A stretch of DNA of 64,000 nucleotides from an uncultured virus (IMG/VR IMGVR_UViG_3300021962_000002) (IMGVR_UViG_3300021962_000002); one strand, 5' to 3'; counted from the stretch's first letter, positions 28,608 through 38,480 are shown. The notes: a model not told the origin generated them from the sequence alone. A program made the numbers and translations.

Positions 28608-30440
28608 TTAAAGCCATGGTTTTTGGGTTGGGGAATACATTGGTCGAACAGGACCGGGACTTGGCAGAAAGCGTTTGGTGGATTTGTCAAACCAAGTATT
28701 GGTCATGGGAATCTCACCAGTAGCACGTTGCTTACGGCAGATTAGCTTACCACATGGGGTTGACTCCCAGAACTCTTGCATTGCGTCATCAGGATAGTCA
28801 TTAGCCTTCATCTCTGCAAGACGTTCATGCTTGGATACGTCACGCCATACAGTAATGATATTGTCTGGCATGTTACCCCATTCACTAGCACCTTGAATCT
28901 CGGCTATAGCTGGAGGACTGCTGACACCTTCACCACTCTTACGTGGATGCGCCACAACATGAACATGAACAGGATAGTTGGATGCAAAGACACGGATAGC
29001 GTCAATAGCTTGTGCTTGAGCGGTATTGTCTCCGCGATCAACATCCATCGTCATTACGTTATCAATGACAAAATTAGTTACCCCATACCGTTTATGGGCA
29101 TGGATGAACATGTTAATGAGTTTGAGAGGGTTTGCTTTCTCTCTGCTTTTGTAGATAAAGCAATGTTCACTGAGATACTTGAATGCTTTTTCAAAGTCAT
29201 CATCAGCTACAATATCTGAATTGCCAGTCATGTTCATCAAGATGGAACCGAACGTGCGCTCAGGTGGTTGCTCAAAAGAAGCAACAACACTCATAACCCC
29301 ACGCGCAGCTAAGTTAGCTACTTGATTCTGAACTGCTTGGGACTTACCCTGTGATGTGTAACCAAACCACAGAGTAATCTCATTCTTACGGAAAGTAAGG
29401 TCAAAGCCAGGAATAAAGAACGGATCACCATCAAGAAGATAGTCACCACGAATGAAGTCCATAACCTCACCCTTCATCTCTATGGCATCTACAATCTCGT
29501 CAAGTTGACCCTTGGCAGTTGACTCAATAAGATTGATGATCTCCCCGCCACGGCCAGCCTTGAGCATGTCATTGGCATCCTTGAGAGGAAGATTGACGAT
29601 GATGCATTTATCAATACCTAGACGCGCTGCAACATCAACAGCGCATTTCTTACCAGCTGCATCATTGTCCATGATGAGAACAATGGTGTCGAAGTAGGAA
29701 AGGTATTCATAATCCTCCTTAATCCAATTCATATTGGAAACACCAGAAGGAATAGAAACAGCGGGAAGCCCTAGCTCAAACATGGCTAAGGCATCCCACT
29801 GCCCTTCTACAATAATGAGACGATCACTATTTGTAGAAGGATCACAAACATCTTTGCCAAACAAGTTGTGGACTGGATTGGGACTACACCACATCGTTTT
29901 ATCGTTGTTTGGCATCCAATGTTTGTTAAGACTAAGGCGTGATTCACAGTCGTAATGCGGAAAGATAAGCTCTCCGCGAGCACCTGTGCCAACGCTGTAT
30001 GCTTCAAGTGTGCGCTTACTAATCTTGCGTTCAGCAGCATACTTGATGCAATCCTCGCTAAGAGGTTTGATAGCTTCAGCCAACTCTTTGTAATTTGTTG
30101 ACTTGTTTGCTCCAGAAAAATTCTGAATAGGAGCAATGTTGAGGAAATTACCAAGCCATGCAATGCTTGCGGGAATGGAAATACCTTTGACTAAATGAAC
30201 TAACTTCCATGCACTACCCTTTATTGCAGGGTTGGCATGGTCATAAAACTGACCAATGTTATACGACTTAGTTGAAATACTAAGACTATCTCCAGGATTT
30301 CCGTCAATGTTGCCAACACGGTAGCATCCTGTTTGTTTCTTTGCGGCAGGGAACAAGGTTAAAACGAACTCGTCAATGCGATGTTCTAGCTTTGCTTTGA
30401 TTTCTTGTAAGTCGTATATCGTTTTGGTTTCAGTTATCAT
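28608..30440 (-). CDS. DNA primase-helicase (TOPRIM + SF4 helicase, T7 gp4/Twinkle-like)
   Basis: IVEGQWDALA, MDNDAAG, KDAND; Walker A GYTSQGKS; FVIDN, VVAHPRK, KQR. Confidence 0.92.
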   Translation of the reverse strand: MITETKTIYDLQEIKAKLEHRIDEFVLTLFPAAKKQTGCYRVGNIDGNPGDSLSISTKSYNIGQFYDHANPAIKGSAWKLVHLVKGISIPASIAWLGNFLNIAPIQNFSGANKSTNYKELAEAIKPLSEDCIKYAAERKISKRTLEAYSVGTGARGELIFPHYDCESRLSLNKHWMPNNDKTMWCSPNPVHNLFGKDVCDPSTNSDRLIIVEGQWDALAMFELGLPAVSIPSGVSNMNWIKEDYEYLSYFDTIVLIMDNDAAGKKCAVDVAARLGIDKCIIVNLPLKDANDMLKAGRGGEIINLIESTAKGQLDEIVDAIEMKGEVMDFIRGDYLLDGDPFFIPGFDLTFRKNEITLWFGYTSQGKSQAVQNQVANLAARGVMSVVASFEQPPERTFGSILMNMTGNSDIVADDDFEKAFKYLSEHCFIYKSREKANPLKLINMFIHAHKRYGVTNFVIDNVMTMDVDRGDNTAQAQAIDAIRVFASNYPVHVHVVAHPRKSGEGVSSPPAIAEIQGASEWGNMPDNIITVWRDVSKHERLAEMKANDYPDDAMQEFWESTPCGKLICRKQRATGEIPMTNTWFDKSTKRFLPSPGPVRPMYSPTQKPWL

Positions 30441-30864
30441 TAAATTGTCTTTGATTAATTTGCTCTATTGATTCTACTACAGGATCAAATCCGATTGTTG
30501 CGGCCATGGAGCCAATCAACGAAGTAACAAAATTCAATCCTATTGCATCAGCCATAGGAACTAATTTCATTACCTGAATCATATTTTTCTCCATGATAGC
30601 AACGCTTTCGGCGTCTGGTAGGCTTTTGAATTGGTTAATGTATTCAGCAATTTCTTCTGATTCATTTTCCAATGTTTCTCTAATTTGTCTTTGGAGGTAT
30701 GTTGTCAACGCTCCAACCTCAATTAGAATACTGTTTAGTCCTTTACCTTCAATTTCTGCTCCTTCCCGTCGATCTTGATCACATTGGTTTTCAGATTGAT
30801 TACAATTGCCGCTGTCGGCTCCGTCATACTTTTGGTTCTCTTCCATAGATTGTTTTCGTCGCAA
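30430..30864 (-). CDS. Hypothetical protein (true start probably downstream of 30735)
   Basis: ORF couples to the primase start; its 5' part overlaps the upstream gene. Confidence 0.45.
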   Translation of the reverse strand: MRRKQSMEENQKYDGADSGNCNQSENQCDQDRREGAEIEGKGLNSILIEVGALTTYLQRQIRETLENESEEIAEYINQFKSLPDAESVAIMEKNMIQVMKLVPMADAIGLNFVTSLIGSMAATIGFDPVVESIEQINQRQFNDN

Positions 30865-31730
30865 GTTACATAATCTACTGAAGCGTCCTTACAGGCTGCA
30901 ATCAAATCGTCTACTTGGTCTTTAGATGTTAGGTCAACAATTACTGAGTTGCCTAGTTTTTTGCAGATACTTGCAAGGCTTCTTACGTTTTTAGCTGACA
31001 ATCCAATTTCTTCAGCTTTTTTAAGGATAAGATCTTTATCTGCTTTCTCAATTTTTGAGTAAAATGCTTCTTTGTGGTGACTGAATGACAAGTTGAACTT
31101 ACGTCCATTGTATTCTTTGAACACGCTGACAGCCGTAACAATGGTGTTGTAGGCCTTGTCAGACACTTCAATCACTTGGCTTACGTCAAACTGATTACCA
31201 AAGTGGTTTTCAAGTTCTGAGGTAATGCTACCAAGCAACCAAGTCGAGTAGTCATCAATCTTTTCTGTAACGTCACGCGCTACAAAGATACGATCAATAA
31301 CCTTGTATGCTTGCTCCAACGATGGAGGATTGTCCATTCGCAGAGTTGCTTGACCACCTTCTCGGATAACAAAGTGTTCTGAGATAGGATCAGTTACAAT
31401 CTGCATCAAAGCAGCAATGTCCTGCTTTTTATCGTCAATTTGCTCAGGATCGCTCAGGACGGCAGCCACATCAACTTTGGATACTACTTCCAGATTGGCA
31501 AATGCCTCTGCTTCTAGGCCATTTGTGACTTCTCTGGAGAGCATTGAGATGAATCCATTCACCCTGTTCTTCACTACGCCACTATAAGCATTACTGTTTA
31601 TTTCTTTTCCGCTTCTGTATTGAGCCAGAAGCTCCGCAACAACGTCATAAGGAATTGCGTATTCTTCACTTACTGCACCAATCTCATCATCTTCTAATGG
31701 GATTCCGTCAAGGTATACTGTGTTTGTCAT
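30735..31730 (-). CDS. Putative DNA-binding protein (LmbU-like segment)
   Basis: WLLG..AYNTI..VSVF..RKFNLSFSHHKEA..AEEIGLSAKNVR pattern. Confidence 0.5.
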   Translation of the reverse strand: MTNTVYLDGIPLEDDEIGAVSEEYAIPYDVVAELLAQYRSGKEINSNAYSGVVKNRVNGFISMLSREVTNGLEAEAFANLEVVSKVDVAAVLSDPEQIDDKKQDIAALMQIVTDPISEHFVIREGGQATLRMDNPPSLEQAYKVIDRIFVARDVTEKIDDYSTWLLGSITSELENHFGNQFDVSQVIEVSDKAYNTIVTAVSVFKEYNGRKFNLSFSHHKEAFYSKIEKADKDLILKKAEEIGLSAKNVRSLASICKKLGNSVIVDLTSKDQVDDLIAACKDASVDYVTCDENNLWKRTKSMTEPTAAIVINLKTNVIKIDGKEQKLKVKD

Positions 31731-31733
31731 AAA

Positions 31734-31985
31734 TTATTCTTCTTCACTAAATGTCTCTAGTCCGATTCCTTTTTTTCCAGCCTCTCTAAGCAGCAGGTCG
31801 TAAGCGTTCGGTGGGTCAGGTTTATCCATGCTGAATCTGGCTGCAAGTTTTAATTTTGTCAAAATTTGACATTCATTTCTGTTCACTGTTTCCCACCTGC
31901 CTGTTTCTTTTATGAAGTGGATTTGAAGAAACATGTTCGCCATCTTGTCCCAACTACTAATCAGGGCTGTTTTGACTGTATTCAT
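31734..31985 (-). CDS. Hypothetical protein
   Basis: 83-aa ORF in a tightly packed run. Confidence 0.55.
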   Translation of the reverse strand: MNTVKTALISSWDKMANMFLQIHFIKETGRWETVNRNECQILTKLKLAARFSMDKPDPPNAYDLLLREAGKKGIGLETFSEEE

Positions 31986-32223
31986 TTTGCATTTTCTCTA
32001 AAACTTTTCGTGCAATTGATGCCATCTCAAAAATAACTGAAGCGTCATCTTGAAATAGCAAGTTTCTTTTAATTTGCCATGGATCTGCAATTACTTTCAA
32101 TACCTCAACCATGTCTGGCAAATACATTGCTGCAACAACATCTGCTCTGCTTTGTTCGATGCCTTCAACGATTTCCAAATCCCATGGCCCTGGAGTGATG
32201 TCTTTTAAGATTGATCTACTCAT
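31957..32223 (-). CDS. Hypothetical phage protein (TPGPW N-terminus)
   Basis: ITPGPW motif common in small phage proteins. Confidence 0.6.
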   Translation of the reverse strand: MSRSILKDITPGPWDLEIVEGIEQSRADVVAAMYLPDMVEVLKVIADPWQIKRNLLFQDDASVIFEMASIARKVLEKMQNEYSQNSPD

Positions 32224-32516
32224 AATTCTTTTAAGATTCTGACTGGCAGGTTAATTTCTTGTGAATACTTATCAATGACAGCTTTGTTTTGAGAAACCAT
32301 CACCAGATTGTCATTGTCGTAAATAGCATAAATGACCTTTTTCTGTGGCGCTATCTTGTATTCATAACGACCCCAATTCCATTCTGGACACAAGTCTAAT
32401 TCAAATTCTTCATCATCGCAAAGGAATGGTCTTGAAAGCACTTCTCCGCCATTAGAGTAATGAAGCATGACCTTCATCATTTCTTGAATTCTATTTAATT
32501 CTAATTCATTAATCAT
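32220..32516 (-). CDS. Hypothetical protein, P-x-W..Y[RK]IxP family
   Basis: Similar pattern to 43848, 44631 and 49679. Confidence 0.6.
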   Translation of the reverse strand: MINELELNRIQEMMKVMLHYSNGGEVLSRPFLCDDEEFELDLCPEWNWGRYEYKIAPQKKVIYAIYDNDNLVMVSQNKAVIDKYSQEINLPVRILKEL

Positions 32517-32650
32517 TTTGTTTTTTTGTTAATTTGAGTTTAAGTAATTGGAGGCGTAGTTTCCATTGATTGTTTTTATGGCTTGGCTTTATTGCCAAGT
32601 ATTTTCCATTAGTAAAAATAAACCACAATTGCATATTCTTTAGATTAAAT

Positions 32651-32711
32651 GCCTCGCCAAGATAGGTTTTGCTTGTCCATCAATTTGTATATGATGCTAT
32701 CCTGACGAGGC
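32651..32711 (-). other. Long RNA stem-loop
   Basis: 15-bp GCCUCGUCAGGAUAG/CUAUCUUGGCGAGGC (G-U pairs on the - strand) enclosing a CAUCA/UGAUG hairpin. Confidence 0.55.
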
Positions 32712-32746
32712 TATTCCTAATTCATCACTCGATGAAAGGAAAGTTT

Positions 32747-33751
32747 TTAGTTGGCTAAAGCAACTGCTGACTCAAGGAGTTTGTTACCACGTTTGACATT
32801 GGTATCCCAATCAATCTCAAAGCGTTGAGCTGCAATGGTTTTGGTTAATGCTGAAGCACCCCAGTTGCTGCTGTAGTTTTGAGCACCAGCTTCTTTACGA
32901 TTGGATGACTCATGAGTTTCGAATTCTGTCAATGCTTGGAATGCATCAAGACGTGTGCGACCTTCGTTACCACGACCAGACTCAAACAGCTCACCAATAC
33001 GCGCAGCTTTCTGAACAAGAGCGTTTGTTCCCTTTTCCATGTTGCGACCCTGAACACCAGCTGCCCATGCCTTAGCTTCATCTCTGGAGCATTCTTTCTC
33101 ATATGCGCGTTCAAGCATGGACTGGAACAAGTTGGACGTTCCAGCAAAGTCATCAATAGCATCAATGAGACGCGCTACATTGACCTCAAGCATTTGCGTG
33201 TGCTTGGCTTTGCCAATCTCTTTGCCTGATGTCATAGATGCCATGAAGGTATTGTTGCACACTGTGCAGAAGTTAAGGTATCTAGCCGTGAGTGCGGTAG
33301 TCTTGTCAAAAGAATCCAATACGGTAATGAAATCCTCAAACTTGCGACCAGCAACCTCAAATCCCTCAGTAACCTTAAGCGAAGCAAATAGCTTGCGACG
33401 ATTATCAACTGTGCCAGCAGACACAATCTGGTAAGGTGTTTGACCCATGCCCTTCTTGATAACTTCCCAAAACATTTTAATAGAGGATGGTTGATAGCTG
33501 GAGCCGTATGGGTCGCCAATTGGAAGCCAGTCATCATTAGCGAGCAGAATCTTAAACTCTGGATCTTCTACGTAAACATCGCGTGTTACACCAAAGTAAT
33601 CTTGCTCTTGTTTCTTGTAGTAGATAGGAGACTCAACAACCTCGAAAGGCATAGAGTTGTCTTGCTTAACCTCGTCAACAATAGTTGTCAGGTTGTGCCA
33701 TGCTTGGTTAAGTCCAGCTTGGATGTCGCGTTCTTTGATTAGGTGTGCCAT
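32747..33751 (-). CDS. DUF932 (DUF945-like) phage protein
   Basis: MAH..AWHNL, SAGTV..RKLF, DSFD, TVCNNT, KHT, AFQALTEFETH. Confidence 0.75.
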   Translation of the reverse strand: MAHLIKERDIQAGLNQAWHNLTTIVDEVKQDNSMPFEVVESPIYYKKQEQDYFGVTRDVYVEDPEFKILLANDDWLPIGDPYGSSYQPSSIKMFWEVIKKGMGQTPYQIVSAGTVDNRRKLFASLKVTEGFEVAGRKFEDFITVLDSFDKTTALTARYLNFCTVCNNTFMASMTSGKEIGKAKHTQMLEVNVARLIDAIDDFAGTSNLFQSMLERAYEKECSRDEAKAWAAGVQGRNMEKGTNALVQKAARIGELFESGRGNEGRTRLDAFQALTEFETHESSNRKEAGAQNYSSNWGASALTKTIAAQRFEIDWDTNVKRGNKLLESAVALAN

Positions 33752-33792
33752 ATTTTGTTTGTATTTTGTATTGTTTGTTGTAGTTGTTGGCT

Positions 33793-34344
33793 ATGGAGCC
33801 ATCTGGTGTATCAATGAATCCACCTAGTAGGGTGGAGTGGAAAGGGTCAATTATTTATGTCGGAGACGCTAGACAAGCGCTTCGTGAACATAAGATTACT
33901 TTTGAAGAGCGTGATGAGTTTCTTGGAGCTATCTATGCAGCTAATCCAGCATTGGTCAGTAATCCCAATGCTAAGTCTGTGTATCGTATGCATCTTGGAG
34001 ACTTCCAACATTACCTACAGGCACTAAAGTCAAGATGGTCAAATGGAGTTCCATTAGTCAGTAAAGAAGAAGCATTACGCAGAACAAATATTTGTCAAAG
34101 TTGTCCAGCAAAGTCACAAGTTAATGGTTGTTATGGATGTAGTGGTTTATCAAAGCTCCTAATGCACATACCTGAAAAGTTCATGGAGAACAATGCAGGT
34201 TGCGCAGTGTGTAAATGTTATCTTAACAACAAGGTTTGGATGAGTGAAGAGGTGTTATCTGCTGATTCTAGAGATCTTGAATATCCTCCGAATTGCTGGA
34301 TGAACGAAGTTTTTCCTCCGCAGTCACCTGTTGGTGACACTTAA
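33793..34344 (+). CDS. Cys-rich putative metal-binding protein, inverted relative to neighbours
   Basis: RTNICQSCP..GCYGC..GCAVCKCYL..K..PPNCW. Confidence 0.65.
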   Translation: MEPSGVSMNPPSRVEWKGSIIYVGDARQALREHKITFEERDEFLGAIYAANPALVSNPNAKSVYRMHLGDFQHYLQALKSRWSNGVPLVSKEEALRRTNICQSCPAKSQVNGCYGCSGLSKLLMHIPEKFMENNAGCAVCKCYLNNKVWMSEEVLSADSRDLEYPPNCWMNEVFPPQSPVGDT

Positions 34345-34717
34345 TGCACAAAGCTCTGAATCCAGAAGCTTCGCAGAATAAGCGTTTAGCAAAACTAGGA
34401 AGGTCTTCAAAGTCTCTTAAGCTACCAGCTGGAATAATGTGATCAATTTGAATTTCTTTCGCAGGATGCACATCTTTACAGATAGCGCACTTGTAATGCT
34501 TTGCTGCTCTATTGGTCTTTTTATTCACCCTAGTGTCAACATAAGCTGCTTTTAGGCAATCAAACTTAGGTTGCCATCTGGAGCTAGCACTACGTAATGC
34601 GCTTCTAATAAACCCAAAGAACCTAGATTTTGTCCATGTCCCACTGTTGTAAGGACGATCTATATCTAGTTTTCTCTTTACTGGCTTTGCTTTTTTCTTA
34701 CTCATATTCTTTCTCAT
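34268..34717 (-). CDS. HNH endonuclease
   Basis: IRSALR..RW, YKCAIC, QIDHI, LFCE..ALCIKCH. Confidence 0.8.
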   Translation of the reverse strand: MRKNMSKKKAKPVKRKLDIDRPYNSGTWTKSRFFGFIRSALRSASSRWQPKFDCLKAAYVDTRVNKKTNRAAKHYKCAICKDVHPAKEIQIDHIIPAGSLRDFEDLPSFAKRLFCEASGFRALCIKCHQQVTAEEKLRSSSNSEDIQDL

Positions 34718-34946
34718 GACAAAGCTCGCATATTAAACGCAAGTCTACAATCTTTTGTAGTGAATCTTTTTTGATTCCTTTTGCAGGAAAACTTACGAAT
34801 GATTTTTTTGTCATTGAAAAGTAACGCTCAACATCATCGTTGATTTCTTGAGCTGTGGCTTTGCTTTTGCAATCCTGACACTCAATTACAATATCTTTTA
34901 GTTCTATTAATTCATCCATGTCAAACCAGTGATTTAGGGCTATCAT
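34698..34946 (-). CDS. Small Zn-ribbon protein
   Basis: CQDC..CELC. Confidence 0.55.
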   Translation of the reverse strand: MIALNHWFDMDELIELKDIVIECQDCKSKATAQEINDDVERYFSMTKKSFVSFPAKGIKKDSLQKIVDLRLICELCHEKEYE

Positions 34947-35574
34947 CTTTTTCTATTGTTTTCTTAAACATTGTATTGGAAGCTTCATGATACACTACGA
35001 TACCTTCTGGTTTCATAAATCCTGGAGCAGCTTTGCTTCCATATTCTTTCAAGTGGTTTAGGCATTGCTCAATAGCTTCTTCTTTGAATTCTCCATCATA
35101 CAATACAGGCACTAAATCGCAGCACTCTGGAAGAACATCTTGATACTTGATGATGTTTGCGTCACCTTTTTTAATCAATTGAGGTTCTTCGTTGTGTTTA
35201 CACCACCGAATTGTATTGAATAAGCTAAAACGCTTTTCTTGAAGTCCGTAGTTGCATTGGATACTTTTACCCCACCATTCGCCAAAATGCTGTCCTGAAC
35301 CAAGCTTGCGCAATTCCCTCCTATTCTCTTGCGCCCATTTAGCAAATCCATAGTTGTCATTGCTTGGAAAAATCCATCGAGTTCTACTACCAGCATACAT
35401 GAACATGATGTTGTCACCTTCTTGCCATACATCAATACAGCCATCTGTGTCCATCTCATCATTAATGTTGTATTTTACAATACAGATTTGAGCATTAGTT
35501 CCGTCAATTTTCTCTGTAACCACTGTCCTACGTGATAGTCTTGCTATTTTTGGAAATCCTTTAAAGTCAATCAT
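34921..35574 (-). CDS. RNA ligase (Rnl2-like nucleotidyltransferase domain)
   Basis: FPKI, motif I TEKIDGTN, GSR, FGEWWG, FSLFN, PVLY, motif IV EGIVV, motif V FKK. Confidence 0.85.
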   Translation of the reverse strand: MIDFKGFPKIARLSRRTVVTEKIDGTNAQICIVKYNINDEMDTDGCIDVWQEGDNIMFMYAGSRTRWIFPSNDNYGFAKWAQENRRELRKLGSGQHFGEWWGKSIQCNYGLQEKRFSLFNTIRWCKHNEEPQLIKKGDANIIKYQDVLPECCDLVPVLYDGEFKEEAIEQCLNHLKEYGSKAAPGFMKPEGIVVYHEASNTMFKKTIEKDDSPKSLV

Positions 35575-35577
35575 AAG

Positions 35578-35603
35578 AAAAAAGCAGACTATATTCGGTC
35601 TGC
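35578..35603 (-). terminator. Intrinsic terminator-like hairpin
   Basis: GCAGAC-8nt-GUCUGC-UUUUUU just upstream of the ligase ATG. Confidence 0.55.
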
Positions 35604-35663
35604 CAGCGAGTTAATTTAATTATTTTTAACGAATTCGCGCCATACTTTCATGACGACTTCCTC

Positions 35664-36239
35664 TCAATCGTCTGTCACTTGGATGTCATCAACGGAAGCT
35701 TCTTTAAGTTGCTTCTCGCCAAACCACCACAATGCAGCAAATTCAGGAGCACGAACAATAATCTTCTCAATGGTTTCTTTGGGAATCTCCATTACACGAA
35801 GAGCTTCTTGAAGCTCAAATGTAAATAGAGCCATTTGTCTGGCTAGCTCATGCAACGGGACTTTACCGCTAAGTGTTTCTTGAGTTGATGCAGCAGGTGA
35901 AGCAAATGCAGCGGGAGCAGAAGGTGCAGCAGGTAAAGATGCACTACTGCCAGCAATTGAGCAACTTTCACTAGAGATACTTACAGTGCCATTGTATTCA
36001 TTCTTTTTGAGAGTCCCTACAAACGTAACTGTATCTCCTTGTTTCAAATTGCAATCGCAAGCAGAACCCCATAAAGACAATTTTGATTTACCAGAATTGT
36101 CTGAGATACTGATGTTGCGATAGTTCTTACCATTTGAACTTTGTTTTGTCTCGTAAACAGCTTCAATCTTGACAGGACCTAGGGACATTGCTGTTCCTTT
36201 TGATGGCAAGTTTAATACTTGATGAATTGTGCTTGGCAT
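35664..36239 (-). CDS. OB-fold ssDNA-binding-like protein
   Basis: ISDNSGKSKLSLWG..LKQGDTVTFVG..NEYNG; Ala/Pro linker; acidic tail. Confidence 0.65.
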   Translation of the reverse strand: MPSTIHQVLNLPSKGTAMSLGPVKIEAVYETKQSSNGKNYRNISISDNSGKSKLSLWGSACDCNLKQGDTVTFVGTLKKNEYNGTVSISSESCSIAGSSASLPAAPSAPAAFASPAASTQETLSGKVPLHELARQMALFTFELQEALRVMEIPKETIEKIIVRAPEFAALWWFGEKQLKEASVDDIQVTDD

Positions 36240-36269
36240 ATATTATTTCAATTGAAGTTTGTTTTCAGA

Positions 36270-36554
36270 TCAAAAATCCTCACTAGCGGCAGCTTCCAAT
36301 TCTTTTGATGTTTTAATACCATCGCGAACATAAACTACCTTGCCGTTACCAACATAGGTTTTGGATTTCTTTGCTTTGCGGTCTTCTTCGTTTTGACTGA
36401 TCGTAGCAGACACGTTTTGTTTGTAGTTGTCATTCTTGTCATCTACAAAGATCGTCAATGGAATGTAAGTGCCTGATTTACCAACAATAAACGTAGCGGG
36501 ATCTAGTTTATCGAGGTCTTCTTTTTTTAAGCTAATGCTAATGATTGCTGACAT
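36270..36554 (-). CDS. Small conserved phage protein, possible SSB-like
   Basis: GKSGTY..SQ.EEDRKAK..YVGNGK, acidic end EDF; next to ERF. Confidence 0.55.
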   Translation of the reverse strand: MSAIISISLKKEDLDKLDPATFIVGKSGTYIPLTIFVDDKNDNYKQNVSATISQNEEDRKAKKSKTYVGNGKVVYVRDGIKTSKELEAAASEDF

Positions 36555-36558
36555 AATG

Positions 36559-37140
36559 TTATTTATTTAGTCTAGTTTTGTTTGTTTGGTATGAGGATTG
36601 AACTCTTGGGTTCTCGCCATAAGGAGTTGTTTTTGCTTTTGCAAGTTTTGCGTCAAGCTCGGCAATGGTAGATTGAGCATTGAAAGATGCAATGATTTTA
36701 TCAATCATTTCTGAATTTGGTTCAGAAGCACTTTCTGATTTGCCATGATCGTTTGTAGCGTCAGCATCTTTGGTGTCATCAATACAGAACAAGCCGTTAA
36801 GAGCATATTTGCGCGAGTAAGAAGAGCAAGCTCCTGTAACCTGTGCAGAGTCCTGACCTTTTTTATCTTCAGCTTCACGCGCAAAAGCACTTACTTCCAA
36901 TGTTTCTCCTGTATCAACGCTCACTAAACGTGCTGTTGATTTAACATAAATCCTATCTCCTACCATTTGAATATCGTCACTTATGGTTAACGCAAGGTTA
37001 TTTTTAGCTAGAAGAGGTTTAAGTGCCTCTAAAATCCCTTCTGCATTGCGATAATTGTATTTTGCAAAAGCATTGAATTGATCTTTTGGGCATTTCAAGT
37101 CACGTTGAACTTCTAGTAATTTTTGAGCAATGTCTTTCAT
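36559..37140 (-). CDS. ERF-family single-strand annealing protein
   Basis: KDQFNAFAKYNYR, AREAEDKKGQDSAQVTGACSSYSRKYALNGLF..DDTKDAD. Confidence 0.9.
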   Translation of the reverse strand: MKDIAQKLLEVQRDLKCPKDQFNAFAKYNYRNAEGILEALKPLLAKNNLALTISDDIQMVGDRIYVKSTARLVSVDTGETLEVSAFAREAEDKKGQDSAQVTGACSSYSRKYALNGLFCIDDTKDADATNDHGKSESASEPNSEMIDKIIASFNAQSTIAELDAKLAKAKTTPYGENPRVQSSYQTNKTRLNK

Positions 37141-37144
37141 TTTT

Positions 37145-37576
37145 TTATTTTTGTGTTGGTTGAGTAAGAGCTTTTTCTATTGTCCATCCTCTGTTGATTC
37201 TTGTTCGAATGGTTTGCCTTTTAATGCCAGTGATTTTTTCCCAATCTAGCAAATGTTTTGTTTGATTATCATGGGTTAAATAAATCGTGTTTTCTTTATT
37301 ATTAGCATTCATTTGAGGTGTTACGAATCGGCAGTTTTTAGGTGAATATCCTTCGCTGTTTTTGATTCGATCAAGTTGAAGGCCTTGTTCGTATCCATTG
37401 TTTTCAGCCCATTCAATAAATGCTGCGGCTGAAACCCATTCTTTACATACGGATATTTTTTTTTCTTTGTATGATTTTGTTTTAGGATAGTTTCCCTTGC
37501 ATCTCCGATGCATCTCTTTCCAGACTTCGTGAATTTTGCTTCCTGTTTTTCCGTGCTTGGTGTAACTTCTTTTCAT
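37145..37576 (-). CDS. HNH homing-type endonuclease
   Basis: W..M..RC, VCKEW, LDRIKNSEGYSPKNCRF..N.NN; C-terminal DNA-binding helix. Confidence 0.85.
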   Translation of the reverse strand: MKRSYTKHGKTGSKIHEVWKEMHRRCKGNYPKTKSYKEKKISVCKEWVSAAAFIEWAENNGYEQGLQLDRIKNSEGYSPKNCRFVTPQMNANNKENTIYLTHDNQTKHLLDWEKITGIKRQTIRTRINRGWTIEKALTQPTQK

Positions 37577-37649
37577 GAATGGGTGAATAATTACTCACGC
37601 TTTTAAGGTTGTCAACTGCTTTTTGCATAATGTTGTTTGCTTTAGTTGG

Positions 37650-38480
37650 CTAATTCTCTGCTTTGAATTGAGAGCAACAATGCGCAAATCCACAGAAAGA
37701 ACTACAGAAAGTCTTTTCACCTGCTCGTTTTTCGATGATTTCTCCAGACTTAATGTTCTCTTCAGCTTCCGCTCTAGTATCATACACTCGTCTTGCACGT
37801 TGTGCATCTGGTTTCTTAACTGCAAACGTATCTGCTTTTGCCCATTGTTCATCCAAGGTGCATCTCCTTGGTTCCCCAAGCGAAGCTTTATGATGTTCGT
37901 TTACAGTTTCGTTGATAATCTTTTCAGCATATTCTGCGTCATAAGGATGAACAAAGATCTTGATTGGTGTTTTAGGATAGGACGGATCTACTTTGCTTTG
38001 CATGTATTTCCAGTCACGTTGAAAATAGACAACACCTACATACTCACACTTGATACCATTCTGTTCTGCAAGCCAAGCATTCATCTGGACTTGCTTGTAA
38101 TGTTCATCTTTCGCCTTCTCTTGGACACCACCAGTGGCTTTATAGTCATATAGGCAGTTATCAGCCCAATAGTCCATCTGACCAGAAATGGTAACGATAT
38201 CATTACCAACTTTAACTTTAGCAAAGTTTCTGATCTCAGCTAGCTCACCTTTCTCGGGACGCGCATACTTCTCAAGGATACTATGGATTGCTGTGCCTAG
38301 GAGCGCCATGAAGGACGCATACTCGTCTTTTACGGGTTCTGACTGCGTAGCGAGGTAAGTGCGCTGTGGAGGGCTTACAAGCTGCGTAACGGTATAGTCT
38401 GATTGACCCTTGCTGTATTCACTTGATGCTAATGCGCGAGCAAAAGGTGCGGGTAGTGATGTGATTGCGTTATTGTTCAT
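37650..38480 (-). CDS. PD-(D/E)XK Cas4-like exonuclease
   Basis: GTAIHSILE, SGQMD..YDYK, QVQMNAW, C-terminal C..FC..CC cluster. Confidence 0.8.
   Translation of the reverse strand: MNNNAITSLPAPFARALASSEYSKGQSDYTVTQLVSPPQRTYLATQSEPVKDEYASFMALLGTAIHSILEKYARPEKGELAEIRNFAKVKVGNDIVTISGQMDYWADNCLYDYKATGGVQEKAKDEHYKQVQMNAWLAEQNGIKCEYVGVVYFQRDWKYMQSKVDPSYPKTPIKIFVHPYDAEYAEKIINETVNEHHKASLGEPRRCTLDEQWAKADTFAVKKPDAQRARRVYDTRAEAEENIKSGEIIEKRAGEKTFCSSFCGFAHCCSQFKAEN

Noticed and set aside
32702..32743. CTGACGA..GAAA resembling a hammerhead ribozyme core on the + strand
   Set aside because: Stem II does not close directly onto GAAA and I find no stem I/III with an NUH site; the CTGACGAG is explained as one arm of the - strand hairpin
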